Shown here: piece after piece, positions 1-13,776 of the stretch
Layout of the letters: the number at the start of each line of letters is the position of its first letter
Position numbering within the stretch: the first letter of the stretch is position 1
NCBI GenBank assembly: GCA_020891255.1
Contig: BQFW01000008.1
Coordinates: 2,170,001 to 2,234,000 of the forward strand
Direction of reading: 5' to 3'
DNA length: 64,000 nt
Source: Entomortierella parvispora E1425
Lineage: Eukaryota > Fungi > Mortierellomycota
Notes under the pieces: model-generated
The model's input: the letters and a program-made list of their open reading frames with translations, nothing else
The model's database searches: none
What the model was told of the DNA's origin: nothing
Translations under genes and position numbers: made by a program

Positions 1-17
1 CGCAGACGCATACGACC

Positions 18-830
18 ATGAGACCACACAGAGGAGTCGTTGAGGAGGAGGATGCTGCTACTTTGAAGCTTGGTGCAGGTACATCCATCGACCTATCATT
101 CATGCTTCTGGAAAAGACTGTTGCAATTGGAACGAAAGGGATGCAGACACTTGACTTAACATGACCCTTGCCATGCCGTTGGATGTCGACTTATAGATTT
201 CCAGGATGCCCATTGTTTGTTTGTCTCAGAGGTCAAGATTTTGTTGGACGCGTCCCAAAGGCCCAATTCATCAGAGTATGCTCGCTTCACTACTCTGCGT
301 TGTTATTCCGCCGACGACTGGACTCATCAGGAGTTTTAACATTTCTTTGTTCTTTGCATGGAACTAGGGTGTACCAAAAGTCCCTCAACTATGTCACCCA
401 GTTCAACCGTTTCACAAACCCCGATGTTGTTCGTGAAGTCCGAGCGTAAGAGCCAACGGCGATCACAAGCCCTCTTTGCTTAGTGCCTAATGCTTGATAC
501 TGAGGATTTCCATACGCCCTCGCTCTTTATAGTGGTATGAACGAAGAGCCGATTCACTCGACCCTCACTGGATTTGAATTGGCACAGTTGGCGAATCTGT
601 GCTGTGAGGAGGCAGAAGAAGCCAAGGCTCTGATCCCAAGGTAACAAAAAAGAAAAAGGAGTCAGAAGAACATATTGTCGTTGATTTGTGAACTGACACT
701 CTCAACTTTTCTTTTCGCCTGACTGCTGTCGATGCACTCTACTGTTCTCAGTCTTCAAAACAAGATTGATGACGAGTCATTGCAGAACTTTCTGAACCAG
801 ACTCTTGATCTGAAGAAGTTTCAGTCTTGA
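18..830 (+). CDS. RPB4: RNA polymerase II subunit RPB4 (multi-exon; true start could lie upstream of the window)
   Basis: Spliced exons read MRPHRGVVEEEDAATLKLG / DFQDAHCLFVSEVKILLD / VYQKSLNYVTQFNRFTNPDVVREVR / FELAQLANLCCEEAEEAKALIPS / LQNKIDDESLQNFLNQTLDLKKFQS-stop (TGA 828-830), with GT-AG introns. These are typical Rpb4 motifs. Confidence 0.92.
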
Positions 831-876
831 GCAAATAAATTGTATTATATTATTATTATTGATTTTCATAGATGAG

Positions 877-3509
877 CTATATCCTCGTTTTGGCATCTCC
901 AAGGTGAAGCGCTACTGTCAGTGCATTAGACCCGCCAACAGCAGTGGCAACTTTGATACCAGTTGCTGCAGGTGTTTGTCCGTCGATGTGATCGGTCTCC
1001 AACTCTGCCGACGTGTTTGCGCCGTTTGAGGCACCCGTTTTGTGATTACCGTTGTTTGAAGTATGGGTGACAAAATTCGAAGTCTCGATCTCCGTGGTCG
1101 GAAACAAAACTGTCCCTTTCACAAAGCCTCCTTCTAATTTCACAGGCATTGGTGAGGAATGATGGGTGGTAGGAGGAGTGGAGATAGCAGACGAGATATC
1201 GCGATGATGATTATGGCCGCGCCTTGTTCCATCTTGATCTTCCGAAGTTGATGACAAAGACGAGGAAGATGAACTAGAGGGTGAAAAATGAAACGTCAAA
1301 GGGGCTGCAGTGCTGCTGCTGTGCTCCGGACCTCTCTGCTGAGACATTTGAGCTGAATTTGTGCTAGAAGGCATTGGCCCAGCCTGCAAGAAACCAGGAC
1401 TGTTGGCCTCACTCTCATCGGCACTGTTGGACATCTTGTACTTGTAGTCACTGATGCTGCTTTCGTCAGAGTTACTGTCTTTCCCGTCATTGGAAGTGGC
1501 TGTAAAGTATGATGTATGAGGAATATCGCTCAGGCTGATAAGTGACAGACGGTCTACGTCAGGATTGAATCGCTTCTGTCCGACTAGATCGCTTGGACTA
1601 TTGGGTCTGTAGATTTTGCCAGGGGCAGTGGTTCCATTCGGAGCTGCGGTGCCAGAGATGGAAGGCGTCCGCGCTAAAGCCGTAGAAGAAACGGACGGCA
1701 CATGAAAGTGATTTTCGATCCTTCCAAGACTGGTTCTGCTGGAGGATGATGGGACAGCCTTCATTAGGATACTCTCCAACGTAACGCTGCTTCGGTTCAG
1801 TTTCTGTGCCAAAATACCGGTCGGTCCATTATGCAACCCCTGAGATGCAGAGGCTGCAGCCAAGGCCGCGGCTGCTGTGTTTGTCGTTGTTGTGGCGGTG
1901 TTTGGCGACAAACTGGACTTTGATGAAGTAGCTGCTACTGAGCGAGCCAGACCACCGCTCTTTGACCCAGAGAGAGTTGATGAACCTCTCCGTGACATAG
2001 AAAGGGACCTCTTACTCTTGACCTTTGTGAAATCGTAAACAATAAACTTGTCCTCCATCATTTGCATCTCGCTTGAAAGTTCAGTATCGGGTGAAGTTTG
2101 GGCCCGTTTTTTGGCCTTCAGTGGATTGTCTTCCATCAGTAGCTCTTCCAGCTCATGGGTAGCATCAAAATTGGCACGCTTTGACTACGATTTTAGAGTA
2201 TTGTGGAGTATCAATTAGCCATCTGTTTGAGAAATTGGAGCAAGCCGTAACCCAAGAAAGCTGTAATTACATCCGGTTCGAATGGAGGGGTCGCTTCCTT
2301 CTTAGCCAACAGGTCCCAGTCAATACCCTTGAACCAAGCGTGCTTTTTGAATGCATTTAGACCTTCTGCTGTGCATCCCATACGCTTGCTAATATCCCGC
2401 TCGCAGAGCTAAGTTAGGCAATGAAAAAACTTTGTCAATATCGTATCTTTGTTAAGGATAACCTCCATGCGATTGAATGTGGCTTTCAACCCACCTTGGC
2501 AAGAACATCAAGACAGGGTTTGCTGACAATGTCTCGAGCATTGTCTGGTAATGGTAACGGATCTTTCAAAATCGAGTTTGTCAGCAGCTCGTTGGTTTTT
2601 CCACGGAAGGGTCGCTAATTTGAACATGGCATTGGATAATCGACTTAGTATAACTGAATGCGTGTGATTGAGGCTGAAGGCTAAGAACCATACCTTCCCA
2701 AAGAGGAGCTCAAACATGACAACGCCTAGACTCCACCAGTCAACTGACTCCAAGTATCCTGTTCTTTTGAGGATCTCTGGAGCCATATATGCCATACTTC
2801 CTGCTATTGACATCAAAGGTTTTGACGGATTGTAGTATACCGCGATATTGAAATCTGTTAAATGGGCATGCCCATGTTCATCCAGAAGAACATTATCTGG
2901 TTTCAAATCTCTGTGGTGAGTGGGATAGGTTAGAAAGGGTCAATTATTGACACAGGTCGAACTACAAATAGGACTTTCGCGTCTGTCATTGTGAAACCAT
3001 ACCGATGAATTATTCTTTTGGCATGCAGAGCATCCAGCGCCAGTGCAATTTCTGCAACATAGAATCGAACCACATCCTCTCGCATAGGTCCAGCACGCTC
3101 CAGATGAAAGCGCAAATCACCGCCCAGCATGAGATCCAGAACCATAAACAAATTCTCGTCATCCTGAAACGCGTATCTCAAGTTGCAGATCAGTGAAAAC
3201 TCGACCTCTTCAAGCAGTCTTCTTTCCTGAATAATGTTCTCTACGGCACGCATACGAATGCATTTGGCCTTGTTGATATATTTGAGCGCGTAGATCTCCT
3301 TTGTCTTTTTGTGCTGAACGACTCGCACTTTTCCAAAGGCCCCTTTACCAACCGATCGGAGGAGATGGAAATGAGAGAGTTCGACTATAATAAACATAAT
3401 ATGTAAGTATTAGTCTCCCAGAATTATGAAGCTGTGCCGCATGTTCCATCCGTTTCTTACTCTCGGCGGAAAAATCGATAGGCTCTTCTTTGCAACAGCC
3501 TGCGCCCAT
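877..3509 (-). CDS. AGC-group Ser/Thr kinase, YANK/STK32-like, with long S/T-rich C-terminal tail
   Basis: Exon 1 (3509-3461) [16 protein letters not shown] splices in frame to [20 protein letters not shown]. Also present: [35 protein letters not shown] and [23 protein letters not shown], which I recall as YANK-like. Confidence 0.88.
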
Positions 3510-5300
3510 TATGTGAAGATATTATAGAGTAGAGTTGGATGTGTTGGTATGGCTGTCCTCGAGACCTGCTAGAGAGATATTGATGGTTATAACGATGAGT
3601 GTGAGAGGAGTGCAGATCCACAAAGTCAGGGAGAGTAGCGAAAGGGTCTATTTCTGGAACAATCCCTGTCCCTTTTCATGCATTTATGGTTAGTGTTGAA
3701 GAATAACTAAATCAATAACTACCGTCGTCAAGCAACAGGGTACAGAATAAAGGGAGAGGGCGAGGCAGAAAGAGATGTGGCGGCCACAACGTGAGCCAGC
3801 TGGCGATACACGTCTAAAAAAAGGGGGCATAAGGTCGTTCCGTTAAGACGGAGCTGGCCATCTCTCCCGGAAACAGGACCGTGCAAGGGGGTTCGTGGGG
3901 CTCCGAGAGAAGGAGCGAGGAGAGCGCAATAGGACAGGAGAGGGGAGAGCAAACCAAAGGACAGGAACTTGTGCAAAAATGTGGTGATAGAGAGGAGAGC
4001 AAGAGTGCTGTTTTCTGTTGTGTTCACGTGCGAGACGCGAAGAAAACGCGCTGACCGCTCGCTGTCACTGGAAAGACAAGAAGAGTATTCTTTCCCTGTT
4101 AAAAACCACATCAGACTGGAGAACGTGCCAACGAGTAGAGCGAAACCATAGGCGTTTCGCGGAGAAGAGGAGACCTAACCCAAGCTATGGTATGAGCTAA
4201 GAGATGTCTTTCTACTGAGAGAGAAGACAAGAGAGGGCTTGCCACACAAGCACACGCACAAAGACAGAGAAGGAGACAGAGGGAAAGAAAAATCCCAACT
4301 CCTACACGACAATGGTGGAAGGAGGAGAAAGTGGATGTTGAGAGCCAAGTGTGTTGGGCGAAGATAGGGAGGAGTCCGAAGTCTGTGCTACCTTGTGAAA
4401 TGACTCTGAGTGCAAAGGATGCGAATGAAGAGAGTTGATGTGGAGGACTAGTGGTGGAATTGTCTTGAGACTACGAATGAAGAACCAAGAGACAAGTGAG
4501 GCAACGAATTGTCCAAGATGGGAGTAAGGAATGCAAGAGGAAACAAAAAGATGTCACTCAAAGACTTGAAGGCCATGGAAGCATCACTCTCTCAATGCAA
4601 TGGTGCGAATGTCAAGGGGGTTGAGGCAAGCAGACTGTTGCAGATTTGAGCGCCTCACAGGTGGCCTCTTGCCTCGCCTGCCAAAGGTGTGCCTGTGCCT
4701 TTGGCCAGACCAGGTTCGCCCTGTCTCCTCGCGACTTGACTGGACAAATTGCTTGACAGTTCGAGTCAGTGCGCCGCCAAACAACGCAAAACAAACAAAA
4801 GGTGCTCTCTTGGATGATCCGAGCGCGTGTTGATGGTCGTTGTCTGCCTGTCCCCCATCATCAGCTCCTCTATGCTTTTAGGAGTCAAGGGGAGCAATGG
4901 GCTCAACTGTGCTTCTTAAAACCTAACGATGTGAGTGGTGGTCTATGTCTGTGGCGAACATGTACTTTCGCGAGAAAGAGAAAGGAAGAGAGAGGAGACG
5001 GACGCGTCTGGCTGTCACCAAACGGGGTCCATATCACTGGGCCGACCGCCAGTACATGTAAGAAGATTGCGGGAAAGCGATAAAATGAGAAATCGCCAAA
5101 GCCGGGGCTGTACTTGAACGGAACGACTTTTTGGCACCCCCTATCCCTAGCAGTTCATCGAACGTGTGCATGTTGTCAGCTCTTGTCTCCTCATCGGGAA
5201 TGGCTTCTAATCACGTGGCACCAGTTTGGTGGCAAAAGTGCAAACTTGCATTGATGCAATCTGCATCTGCATCCTTTCATTGCTCTTTCCCACTCGAACC

Positions 5301-6836
5301 ATGTCTCCCATTTTTGAGGTATGCTATCCTTTTAAAGTTTACCTTAGATTACAAACATTACCATACTGAACTGTGCTCCTGCTTTGGGGTGCTGGTGGTT
5401 ATAATTGCCGATGCTGTTAGGTTTGCCTTGACAGTGTCGCCTCAGCCGTTATTGCAGGTAAACAGAAAGGCGTTGCAAGTCCAAGGAGAGGCCAGTGGCA
5501 ATGCTTGTGGCTAACCCAAAATATTCCACACTACAGAGGCAACCGGAGGAAGTAGGATTGAGCTTTGTGCTGGCTTGATGGAGGGCGGCATCACACCCTC
5601 AGCGGGTAAGTACTCTTCCTTGCCCCGTAGCTGAAGCCAGGCCTCAACGTCACATTACTGATAGCCATCTTCAATTCTAGGACTTATTTCCACCGTGAAG
5701 GCGAAAACAAAATTGCCGATCATGGTAACTCCCAAACCTCTCTCATATAATGTGGGGCTTGACACCATGCTGGGACGGCTAATCATTAGTTCTCTACATT
5801 ACCTTTTCAAACTTACTGGAGTAGGTCATGATTCGACCAAGGTAAAAAAAAAAAGCCACAGCCCTTTTGATGCGTGAAGTTCGAAAAATGTTTAGGGTGA
5901 GCCACTGAAATATTAATTTTCGAGCGTATGAATATTAGAGGCGGTGACTTTTGCTATGATGATGATGAATTTGAAGCGATGCTGGAGGACATCAAGGTAA
6001 TGATCCCAGCCCAGGTCCTTTTGATACCCGCTTCCGTGTGCTGGTTACAGGCATCTCATTTTGCGCCTTCTTCTTCTCCTATAGCTTTGCCATAAATTGA
6101 AGGTTCATGGAGTTGTATTTGGAGTTCTCCTCCCAGATGGATCTGTTGACATTGATCGCACCTCAAGGTAATGTGGTGCTATTACTTTTGAAGCAGTAAT
6201 ACAGAGATCTGTGAGAGGTGGCTGCTAACTGTGAGTCAATGTGTTGTCAATTAGACTTGTGGAGGCAGCCAAACCAATGCAAGGTACAATAAGAATCTGG
6301 ACCTGAAAAAAAAAAATGTGAACATTGGCTTAAAAGGAAGTCTAAAGCTCACGACCCGTTTGTGCTGCTTGATATAGTCACGTTTCATCGCGCTTTTGAC
6401 ATGGTCCAGGATCCATATAAGGCTTTAGAGGATATTATCAGTATCGGTGACATTCAAAGGATCCTGACTAGCGGATGTGAGCGATCAGCCTACGAAGGAC
6501 TGGACACCCTAGTGGAGCTGTCTAAGCGAGCCCAAGGACGGATCATTATTTTACCAGGGGCGGGTACGTGAACGCATTTGTAACCTCAACAAACTATCTT
6601 CTCAGTGGCGCTAACGATCGCTAACAACGTTTGTAGGTATCTCGGAGCGCAATGTCAACAAAATCGTGTCTGCCATGGGTGCAACTGAAGTACACGTAGG
6701 GGCGGGAGGCACGAAAGAATCAAAGATGAAGTTTAGGAACCCATACTGCTCCATGGGCTATGCAATTTCCGCACCTGAATACGCCCTGAAAGTAACGAGC
6801 GAGAGTAAGCTTGGAGGAATGATCCACCGGTTTTAA
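5301..6836 (+). CDS. cutC: CutC-family (copper homeostasis protein CutC-like) TIM-barrel protein, about 10 exons
   Basis: Spliced exons give MSPIFE/VCLDSVASAVIA/EATGGSRIELCAGLMEGGITPSA/GLISTVKAKTKLPIM/VMIRP/RGGDFCYDDDEF/...GVVFGVL.../VTFHRAFD/...RILTSG...ILPGAG..., ending at TAA 6834-6836. The CutC signature motifs are all present. Confidence 0.9.
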
Positions 6837-6925
6837 AAAGCAAAGGCCGATAGAAAACCCTTCGGTCAAACCTTTTTCTTTTTTGGAATTTGTATTAAAG
6901 AACATTTATAATATGGCTATCTAAG

Positions 6926-9900
6926 TTAATGGATCCGAGCGTTCTCGATTTCGTCGATCATCTGCTCATATTCTCTCAGACGAGACGGACTCCTGTCATT
7001 AAAGGAATGGGTATCCTTGGGTCCGGTTATTGATGGAGAGCCCTTTGCTGTTGTTGGTTGTTGGCGAAGCTTGGATAAAAAGTCGTCCTCATGTTCGTCC
7101 TCATCTTCGCTGTCATCAGTGTAGTTGTAAAAGTTGTTGCCGCCACCATTGTTGTTATGGGACCCATGGAGATGTTGCTGGTGCTGTTGCTGACCAGGGA
7201 ACTGATGTGATGTGGCGGGAGGCTGCCTGCGCTGAGGTGGTTGTGGAGGTGATGGCAAGGAGGTCTTGGGTGAAGAGGATCCATTGAATCCACCTGCGGA
7301 GCCCGCAGCGGTATTATTCCAGGGAACTTTCAACATTTCGAGCTCGCGGGTGATGGAATCCACAGAGTCCCTGTTGCTGTTGTGGGATGCGTCATTGCGA
7401 CCCCCTTCCTTGTTGTAACTATAATTATGCTGGTTCTGAGCATGTTGCTGCTGCTGATGGTACTGCTCGTATTCGTCGTTGTTGTCGTCACTGCTCTCGT
7501 CCTCTTCTTCTTGCTGTTGCTGATGATGTTGGCTGTACTTGTTCATGCTACTATCATCATCACTCTCCTCATCATAAGAGTGCATGTAACTTTGACTGCC
7601 ACTGTTATCATGGGGCTTGGGAGAGGATACGCTGGATGCATGGGCGGTGCTTGGTGCAACAGTCGGGGCAGGGCTGCTCCTGCTGCTACTTTGAGCGCTA
7701 CCTATGCTTCCACTTAGGTTCTTAACATTATTCAGCAAGCGGCTAGCGTTTGCCATAGGCGCACCGGCGCTAGATGAGGGAGGGGCAACCGCTGGTGATG
7801 ACCGGGCGACTACAGGCGATGCAGCGGACACAGGCGCGGGTGGGAGAGACGACTTTGGAGAGGAGGCCAGCAAAGAAGCGCCGCTCAATCCGTTGAGCTG
7901 TTGGTGGATTCCTGCCAAGCTGTCAGAACTGAAAGGCGAGTTTGGCATGGACGATCCACCAGCGACGCTGTTATTGCTGTGCATGTTCTCTAGGAGCAAG
8001 TTCACTTTCTTTTCCGATTCAACAAGACGTGCCTCCAGAACCGAGTTGTCACCTTCCAAGATTTGAATCGTCTCCTGTGCGCGCTTTAGGCGCTGCTCCA
8101 AATCTACACGTTGATTCTCCAAGCGTTTCATCTCTGCCACAGAGGTGGCTGTGTTCTGCTTCGAGGCCGACGCGGACGCAGCTGCTTCCACCGCTTCGGC
8201 TTGGGCCTGGAGAGCTCGGTCCAGCTGGCTTTCAAGATGATCGTTCAACTCCGAGGCTTGCTCCAGCTCAGCCTGCTTTTTTTTGAGTTGTTCCTGAACC
8301 TGGTGGATTTCGGCTACTAGTCGCTCCACATCCGACTGAAGCTGTTGCTCTTGCTTCAGTCCTTGAGACTTCAAGACCTCAGCTTGATCCTGCATGGACT
8401 CGAGCTCGTCCGCAATCGCCTCATTCAGACTTTCCACTTCTTCCAGTCGTTCTGTAATCGAGATCACCTTTTGCGAGAGCTCAGCAGAATGCATTTCAGA
8501 CTCCATGAGACGAGTCTGCAAATCATTCGCCTGGGTTGAAAGCTCACGACGCTCTTCCTCCCAGTGCAGCTGTAGCATTTGGACGCGTTCTTCCTCCTGT
8601 TCTTTCAAGGTACGCTTGGACGCCGCAGAAAGCTCTTGAGCCTGGTGGCCACAACGAGTGTGCTCCTCCTGGAGCGCCTTCAACTCAGCATCTACCAGAT
8701 CCTTTTCTTTCATGGTGGCCTCGAGATCATTCTTGAGTTTCCTGAGCAAGAACCCAGTCTTTTCGGAATGTTGAATGGTTGCCTGTCGCTGCGCCTCAAA
8801 GGTTTCCAGCTTCTGAGAGAACTGGGTCTTGTTATCCTCCAGTTCCTGCTCCAGATCTTGGATGCGGTCCTCGGCTTCCTGAACACGTTGCTCCATCGTT
8901 GCTGCATATTCGCCGGTTCCGCGAGAGCGTGCTTGGAGGACTAGATCCTCTGCCATAAGTCCCTTCTCTCTCATCACATCTTTCAAAAGACCCAGCTGGA
9001 CCTCATGGTCCTCTAGGGCCTTAATTTTAGTCTCCAGTTCCTGCTCCGTGTGACTAAGCTCGCTCCTGAGCTGGGCAGCTCCTTCACGCTCATGTGAAAG
9101 TTGTTTCTGAAGCGATATAGTCTCAGTTCGGGCTTGCATTGAGGCCTGTTCCAGCTTTGACAGCTCAATCATGGCAACTGCCAACTCTGAAGCAGACTTT
9201 GTTGCTGAAGATTGGGAGGTAGCGTGCAATCTCTTTAGGGACCCCAGCTCATGTTCCAGCTCAGAGACTCTTGAGACAGTACTCAAGATGGCAATACTGT
9301 CATGCTTGCGGGCTGCTGACTTTTCGGTGGATGCAGCATTACCTGCTCGTGGATTAAAAGCATCCAGTCCCTCCTCGACCAGCTTTCGGAGTGTAATTAC
9401 TTCATCCTTGGTTACCTGGCAACGACTCTCAAGTTCCTCAACTTTGGACTGCAGGCGCTCCGCTTCCCCTTGGTATCGGTTCACATCGGAGGTGAGTTCG
9501 AATCGAAGACTTTCCAGCTGCTCGATCTTCCTTGCTGATTCATCCACCTGAGTCTCAGCACGCATGGCACGCTCATTCGCTGCAGAATAAGCCATCTGTG
9601 TTCGCTCCAGGGCTTTCTCATGTTGCTCCACCTGCTGCTTCAGACTGGTAACTTTTTGAAGCAAGCCTGACGACTGGGACTGATGCCCAGAGAATCCAGC
9701 CTGCGTCTCTGCGAGCTTAGCTGCAAAGTCCCTCGAATCAGCTTCAGCCTTGGCCGCTCTAGTATGGAGAGAAGTAAGTTCCGCCAGGGCACGGGTGTGA
9801 GCGGACTGAGCTTGCTCGGCCAGAAGAACAGAACCAGAGGAACGCTCCTCGGCGGCTTGTCTGGCTGCGCGCTCCTGCTCCAGGGTCTCTTGCATCTTGG

Positions 9901-12900
9901 AGTGCTGAGACTCCAAGGCCTCGAGCTCGTTCAATGCAGCGGTCAATCTTCGCTCTAGGTCTAAAGCGCGGTCTGTCTCTACCCGAGCAAGACCATTGGG
10001 GTCCTGCTGAGTATTAGACAACGCCGACACTTTAGCCTTCAGGTACGCTGCTTCCTGGAGAGCTCCTGTTCGAATTCGTTCAGCTTCTTTGATTTTGCTT
10101 GAGGCAGCATGAGCTTGCATTGCAATTGACATCTGTTGTTAGAGTTAAAAGTTAGCTCTGGCGACTAACATCATAGACAGAAAAAAAAGACAACAAGGTC
10201 TGAATCGTTTACCTTTGCACTCTTGAGTTGCTCCCTAACTCGAACCAATGCCTGTGTCAGTTTGAGCTGCTGTCCTTGCAAATGCTCGTTCTCGAGTTCT
10301 TGTTCCAGATCAGCCATGGATAGCCGCCTATCCTGCAACAACTGATTTGAATCTGACGATCCGTCGGTATGACTTCCCTCACTCTTGGCTGCGCGAGCCA
10401 TGATGACCTCAGTTAAAAGCCAATGTTCACGCTTCTTCATCTTTTCAATTTCCATCTCTCTCTCCTTTGCTTGCTGTCGGAGTCGTTCGTTCTCTTCCAG
10501 AGCCGCCTCAGCCTTGGACTCGAGCGATTTGAGCTTGGCAAGATCGTTGCTGGAAGTACGGGCATTGGTCAAATCAGATGAAGTCAGAGGAGATGAAGGC
10601 GTAATTGGCAAAGTGTTAATCCCTGTTCCTCGACCAGGGGATCGGCCAGGAGGTGGGGCGGGAGAGGAGGACCGATCCAAAGGACCTGGAATTGGTGTCG
10701 AAGCTCCAATGGAATGAGGAGGCGGTGGAGGTGGGTTCGCCTTGCGCTCGCTGCCTGGAGGAGGAAGGATTGATCCCGAGACAGGTGGAGATGGTGTGGA
10801 TGGAGGCGGTGGGAGATTGCCGTTGCGCATTCCATTGCCAACAGATGGAGATTGCTGAGAAGGTGAGTTGGATGCATCAACGGTCGAACTGGGTGGAGGG
10901 GGCGGGGGTGAGATTGGACCAGAAGCTACAGAGGGTGACCCTGGAGGTGGGACGTAGGAGCCGCTGGAATTCTGGTTCTGGTTTGGAGTAATGGCCTCCA
11001 TCGCGTAAGGGTTCATGTCTTCCTCGGCAAGGTTTGATGCGCCAGCAGAGAGTGGCGGTGGAACAAAATTAGTATTTTTGCGGTCCTGGCGTCCAGTGGC
11101 CTCATCAGAAGCTACGCCTGCATGAGCTTGACGAGGTGTTGAGGGCGGACTATCAGGAGAAACGTTGATAACTCGGAGAGGAGAGGGCGCTGGACCTGCC
11201 GATGTAGGTGTCGAAGGAACATGCTGTATGGTCCGTCTATTAACATTGGGATTGTTGACGGCACTGGCTGTGCCGACGACAGCTCCTCCATAACCTCCTT
11301 GAAAGTCATCTTTGAGCGTCTGTCGTCTGGTGGCGATGGACAGACCCTCTGCCTGATAGTCACTACTGGAAATGTTGTTTTGAAATCCGTTACTGGCACC
11401 ACGGGGAGGAGGGGTGCCGAGAGTCGTCAAAGGGCGCTGACCAAGCTGAGGGTTGATCAGTTGACTAGTTTGCTGCGAAATGCTCATGTTGGTCACGGAT
11501 CCATGTCGTTCAGGCGCTCCAAATGTCGCTGGTGATGCGGGTCGTTGGGTGTGGCGGCGGTCTGGTCGGTCTGGCCTGTCAGGCCGCTCAGGCGCACGCT
11601 GCTGGCCAGAGTTGCGATCAGATTCGTATCCAGACTCTCCCAAAGGCTTGGATGATGTCTGACGAGGAGGAATGCCCTGAGGTGTGGAATCCGGATATCT
11701 GATCTTGGCTAAAAGATAAAACGCGTTAGTTACGGCCGCCATATAAGCTGTGGTTTTGCGAGCATCGTGCTTGTGTTCTCTTACAGAGCTCCAGGAAGTA
11801 GATGAGTGCTGAATCCTCTAGCTTGGTGTGCTCCGATTCTCCTCCAAGGATAAAGACGCGGTCCTTGATGGTGCACATGGTATGTCCGCTGCGAGGACTG
11901 GCTACAGGCCCAACATTCTGGAAAAGATACCATCGACGCTCATGGATTTTAAAGGCATACGCATCATTCAACTCGGTACCATCTGGGCTGTTTCCTCCAA
12001 AGATGTACAAAGTACCATCTACCACTGTGCATGAGTGTCCATGTCGACCTGTAGGCAAATATCCTGAGGCTGGGATGGGTGTCCAGGTGGATGCCCTAGG
12101 ATCAAAGCACCAAATGTCATTGTAAAAATAGTCCGCATCAGCACCTCCAAAGATATAGATCTTTCCGTCGAATACACCAGCGCAGTGCCCGGAACGAGCT
12201 GGGGGAGACTCTGTTTGTGGCTCGATCTTCTCCCAGTGAGGATTTTGTGTAACTAGAAAATAACATGACATGCATGCGTTGGTTAAATCGCTGAGATTAT
12301 CGATTACCAAAGGCAATGGCTAGCCAGTTCGATCGCAAGAAAAAAATGAAGCTTACTTGACTTCATGTCGAAAGCCACAATGTCGTCCAGATAGAAATCG
12401 TCAACCTGGCCACCAAAGATGTACATGGTCGTGCCCACGCTGCATCCAGAATGCGAGTGGCGAGGTGTTGGAAGAGGTCCTTGGATTGGCGGCTTGTTCC
12501 ACTCCTTCCTGGCAGTGTGCAACACATGGAGACTGTCGTCGCATTGCCTGGTCATTGAGTCCCATCCACCAAAGTCTGTGGATCAAAATAAAAAAAAAAG
12601 TATTGATTAGCAACTCACGGCAATTGAGTCTGTGCAACCAAACCACAAGGAAATTAATTGTGGTTGTGTGCTTGGGCAACAAGGGGTGCCTCCGTCTCCA
12701 CGTTCGTTTCTGTTCGAGTTCTTTAACTTACAAATAATGTACTGCCCTATGTTCACGGCAGTGTGGCCACTCTTTGGCATGGGAGGATCAGCACCCGCTG
12801 CTGCCACAGCCTGACACTGCAAGGAGACTACACGTGAAGAGATGATAACCAGTTAGCCTCAATAGTCCCTGAATGTCTTAGGCGTCCTGCTTGTCTTTTG

Positions 12901-13776
12901 AGCATAATCGTTTCCGTGCTATTTCTTGGACTATGTTGCCTGTAAAAGCCTTTGCTCAAAAGCTCTTTGCTGTCCTCCCTCCATGTCTTTACTTTTTTTC
13001 AGACAGAGCCCGTGGAGAGCTGTCTTTAGAGGCCGAGAGCTTGCCATTCCCTTTTTTTTTTTTCATTCCTTCTGCGAGAGATCTTTGTGCTGCCGCCAGT
13101 TTTCAGAAGACAGATAATCGCTCCTCTTCGTAAGAAGTGACAGCGTGACTGAACTCTTACCTGAGTCAATGATAAAGAGATCGCCTTTGGTCGTGCCACG
13201 CTGACTTCCGCCGTAGAGATAAATATCGGTGCCGTTGGCGATGATGGAGCTAGTGTGCTGGTATCGAGGGAAAGGGTTCAGACCAAGGATGCGTCGCTGA
13301 GTCCAAAAGAGCTGTGGAGTCGACATCATGGCGCCAGTTGCGCCTCCAGGGACCATGGCGCCTGCACCACTGAGTCCTGTCGCCGAAGCCACTGTGCCGC
13401 CTGGAAGTCCAGCGAACCCAGGGTATTGTGGCTGTTGAGGAGAGGGGGGCCCGCCTCCACTCACTGGCGAGTTTTGAGCATGGTGGGGTTGCTGTTGCTG
13501 TTGCTGTTGCAAACCACCAAAGCCATTGTTGGTATGTTGAGGGAACGAGGGACTCATGGGGCTTCTGGACCCACTGCCAGAATGATCGTTGTATCCGTTG
13601 TTGGGGATGCCACCTTGCATGCTTCCGTTGCTACCACTGATGCCGTTGAGACCGTTGGGAGAAGGAGGGGGTCTTTGCTGCTGGTGATTATGCTGTTGTG
13701 CTGCTGCATTGCTTGGGGGAGCATTGGCGCTGGCAGGGGAGTCGTCCTTTTTCTTACGACCAAAGAGACCAGCCAT
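6926..13776 (-). CDS. Tea1/Kel1-like cell-polarity protein: N-terminal kelch repeats, Pro-rich linker, long coiled coil, acidic/Q-rich tail
   Basis: Kelch exons include PFPRYQHTS...IYLYGG, PMPKSGHTAV, PTPRHSHSG...YIFGG, PPARSGHCA...YIFGG, PTGRHGHSC and SPRSGHTM, followed by SKIRYPD. The ORFs at 10171-11742 and 6926-10132 are heptad-rich and joined by a GT-AG intron (KSAK/MSIAMQ). Confidence 0.85.

Noticed and set aside
3510-5300. 1.8-kb region between the divergent kinase and cutC, with short ORFs
   Set aside because: No recognisable domain or coherent exon structure; it looks like UTR/promoter.
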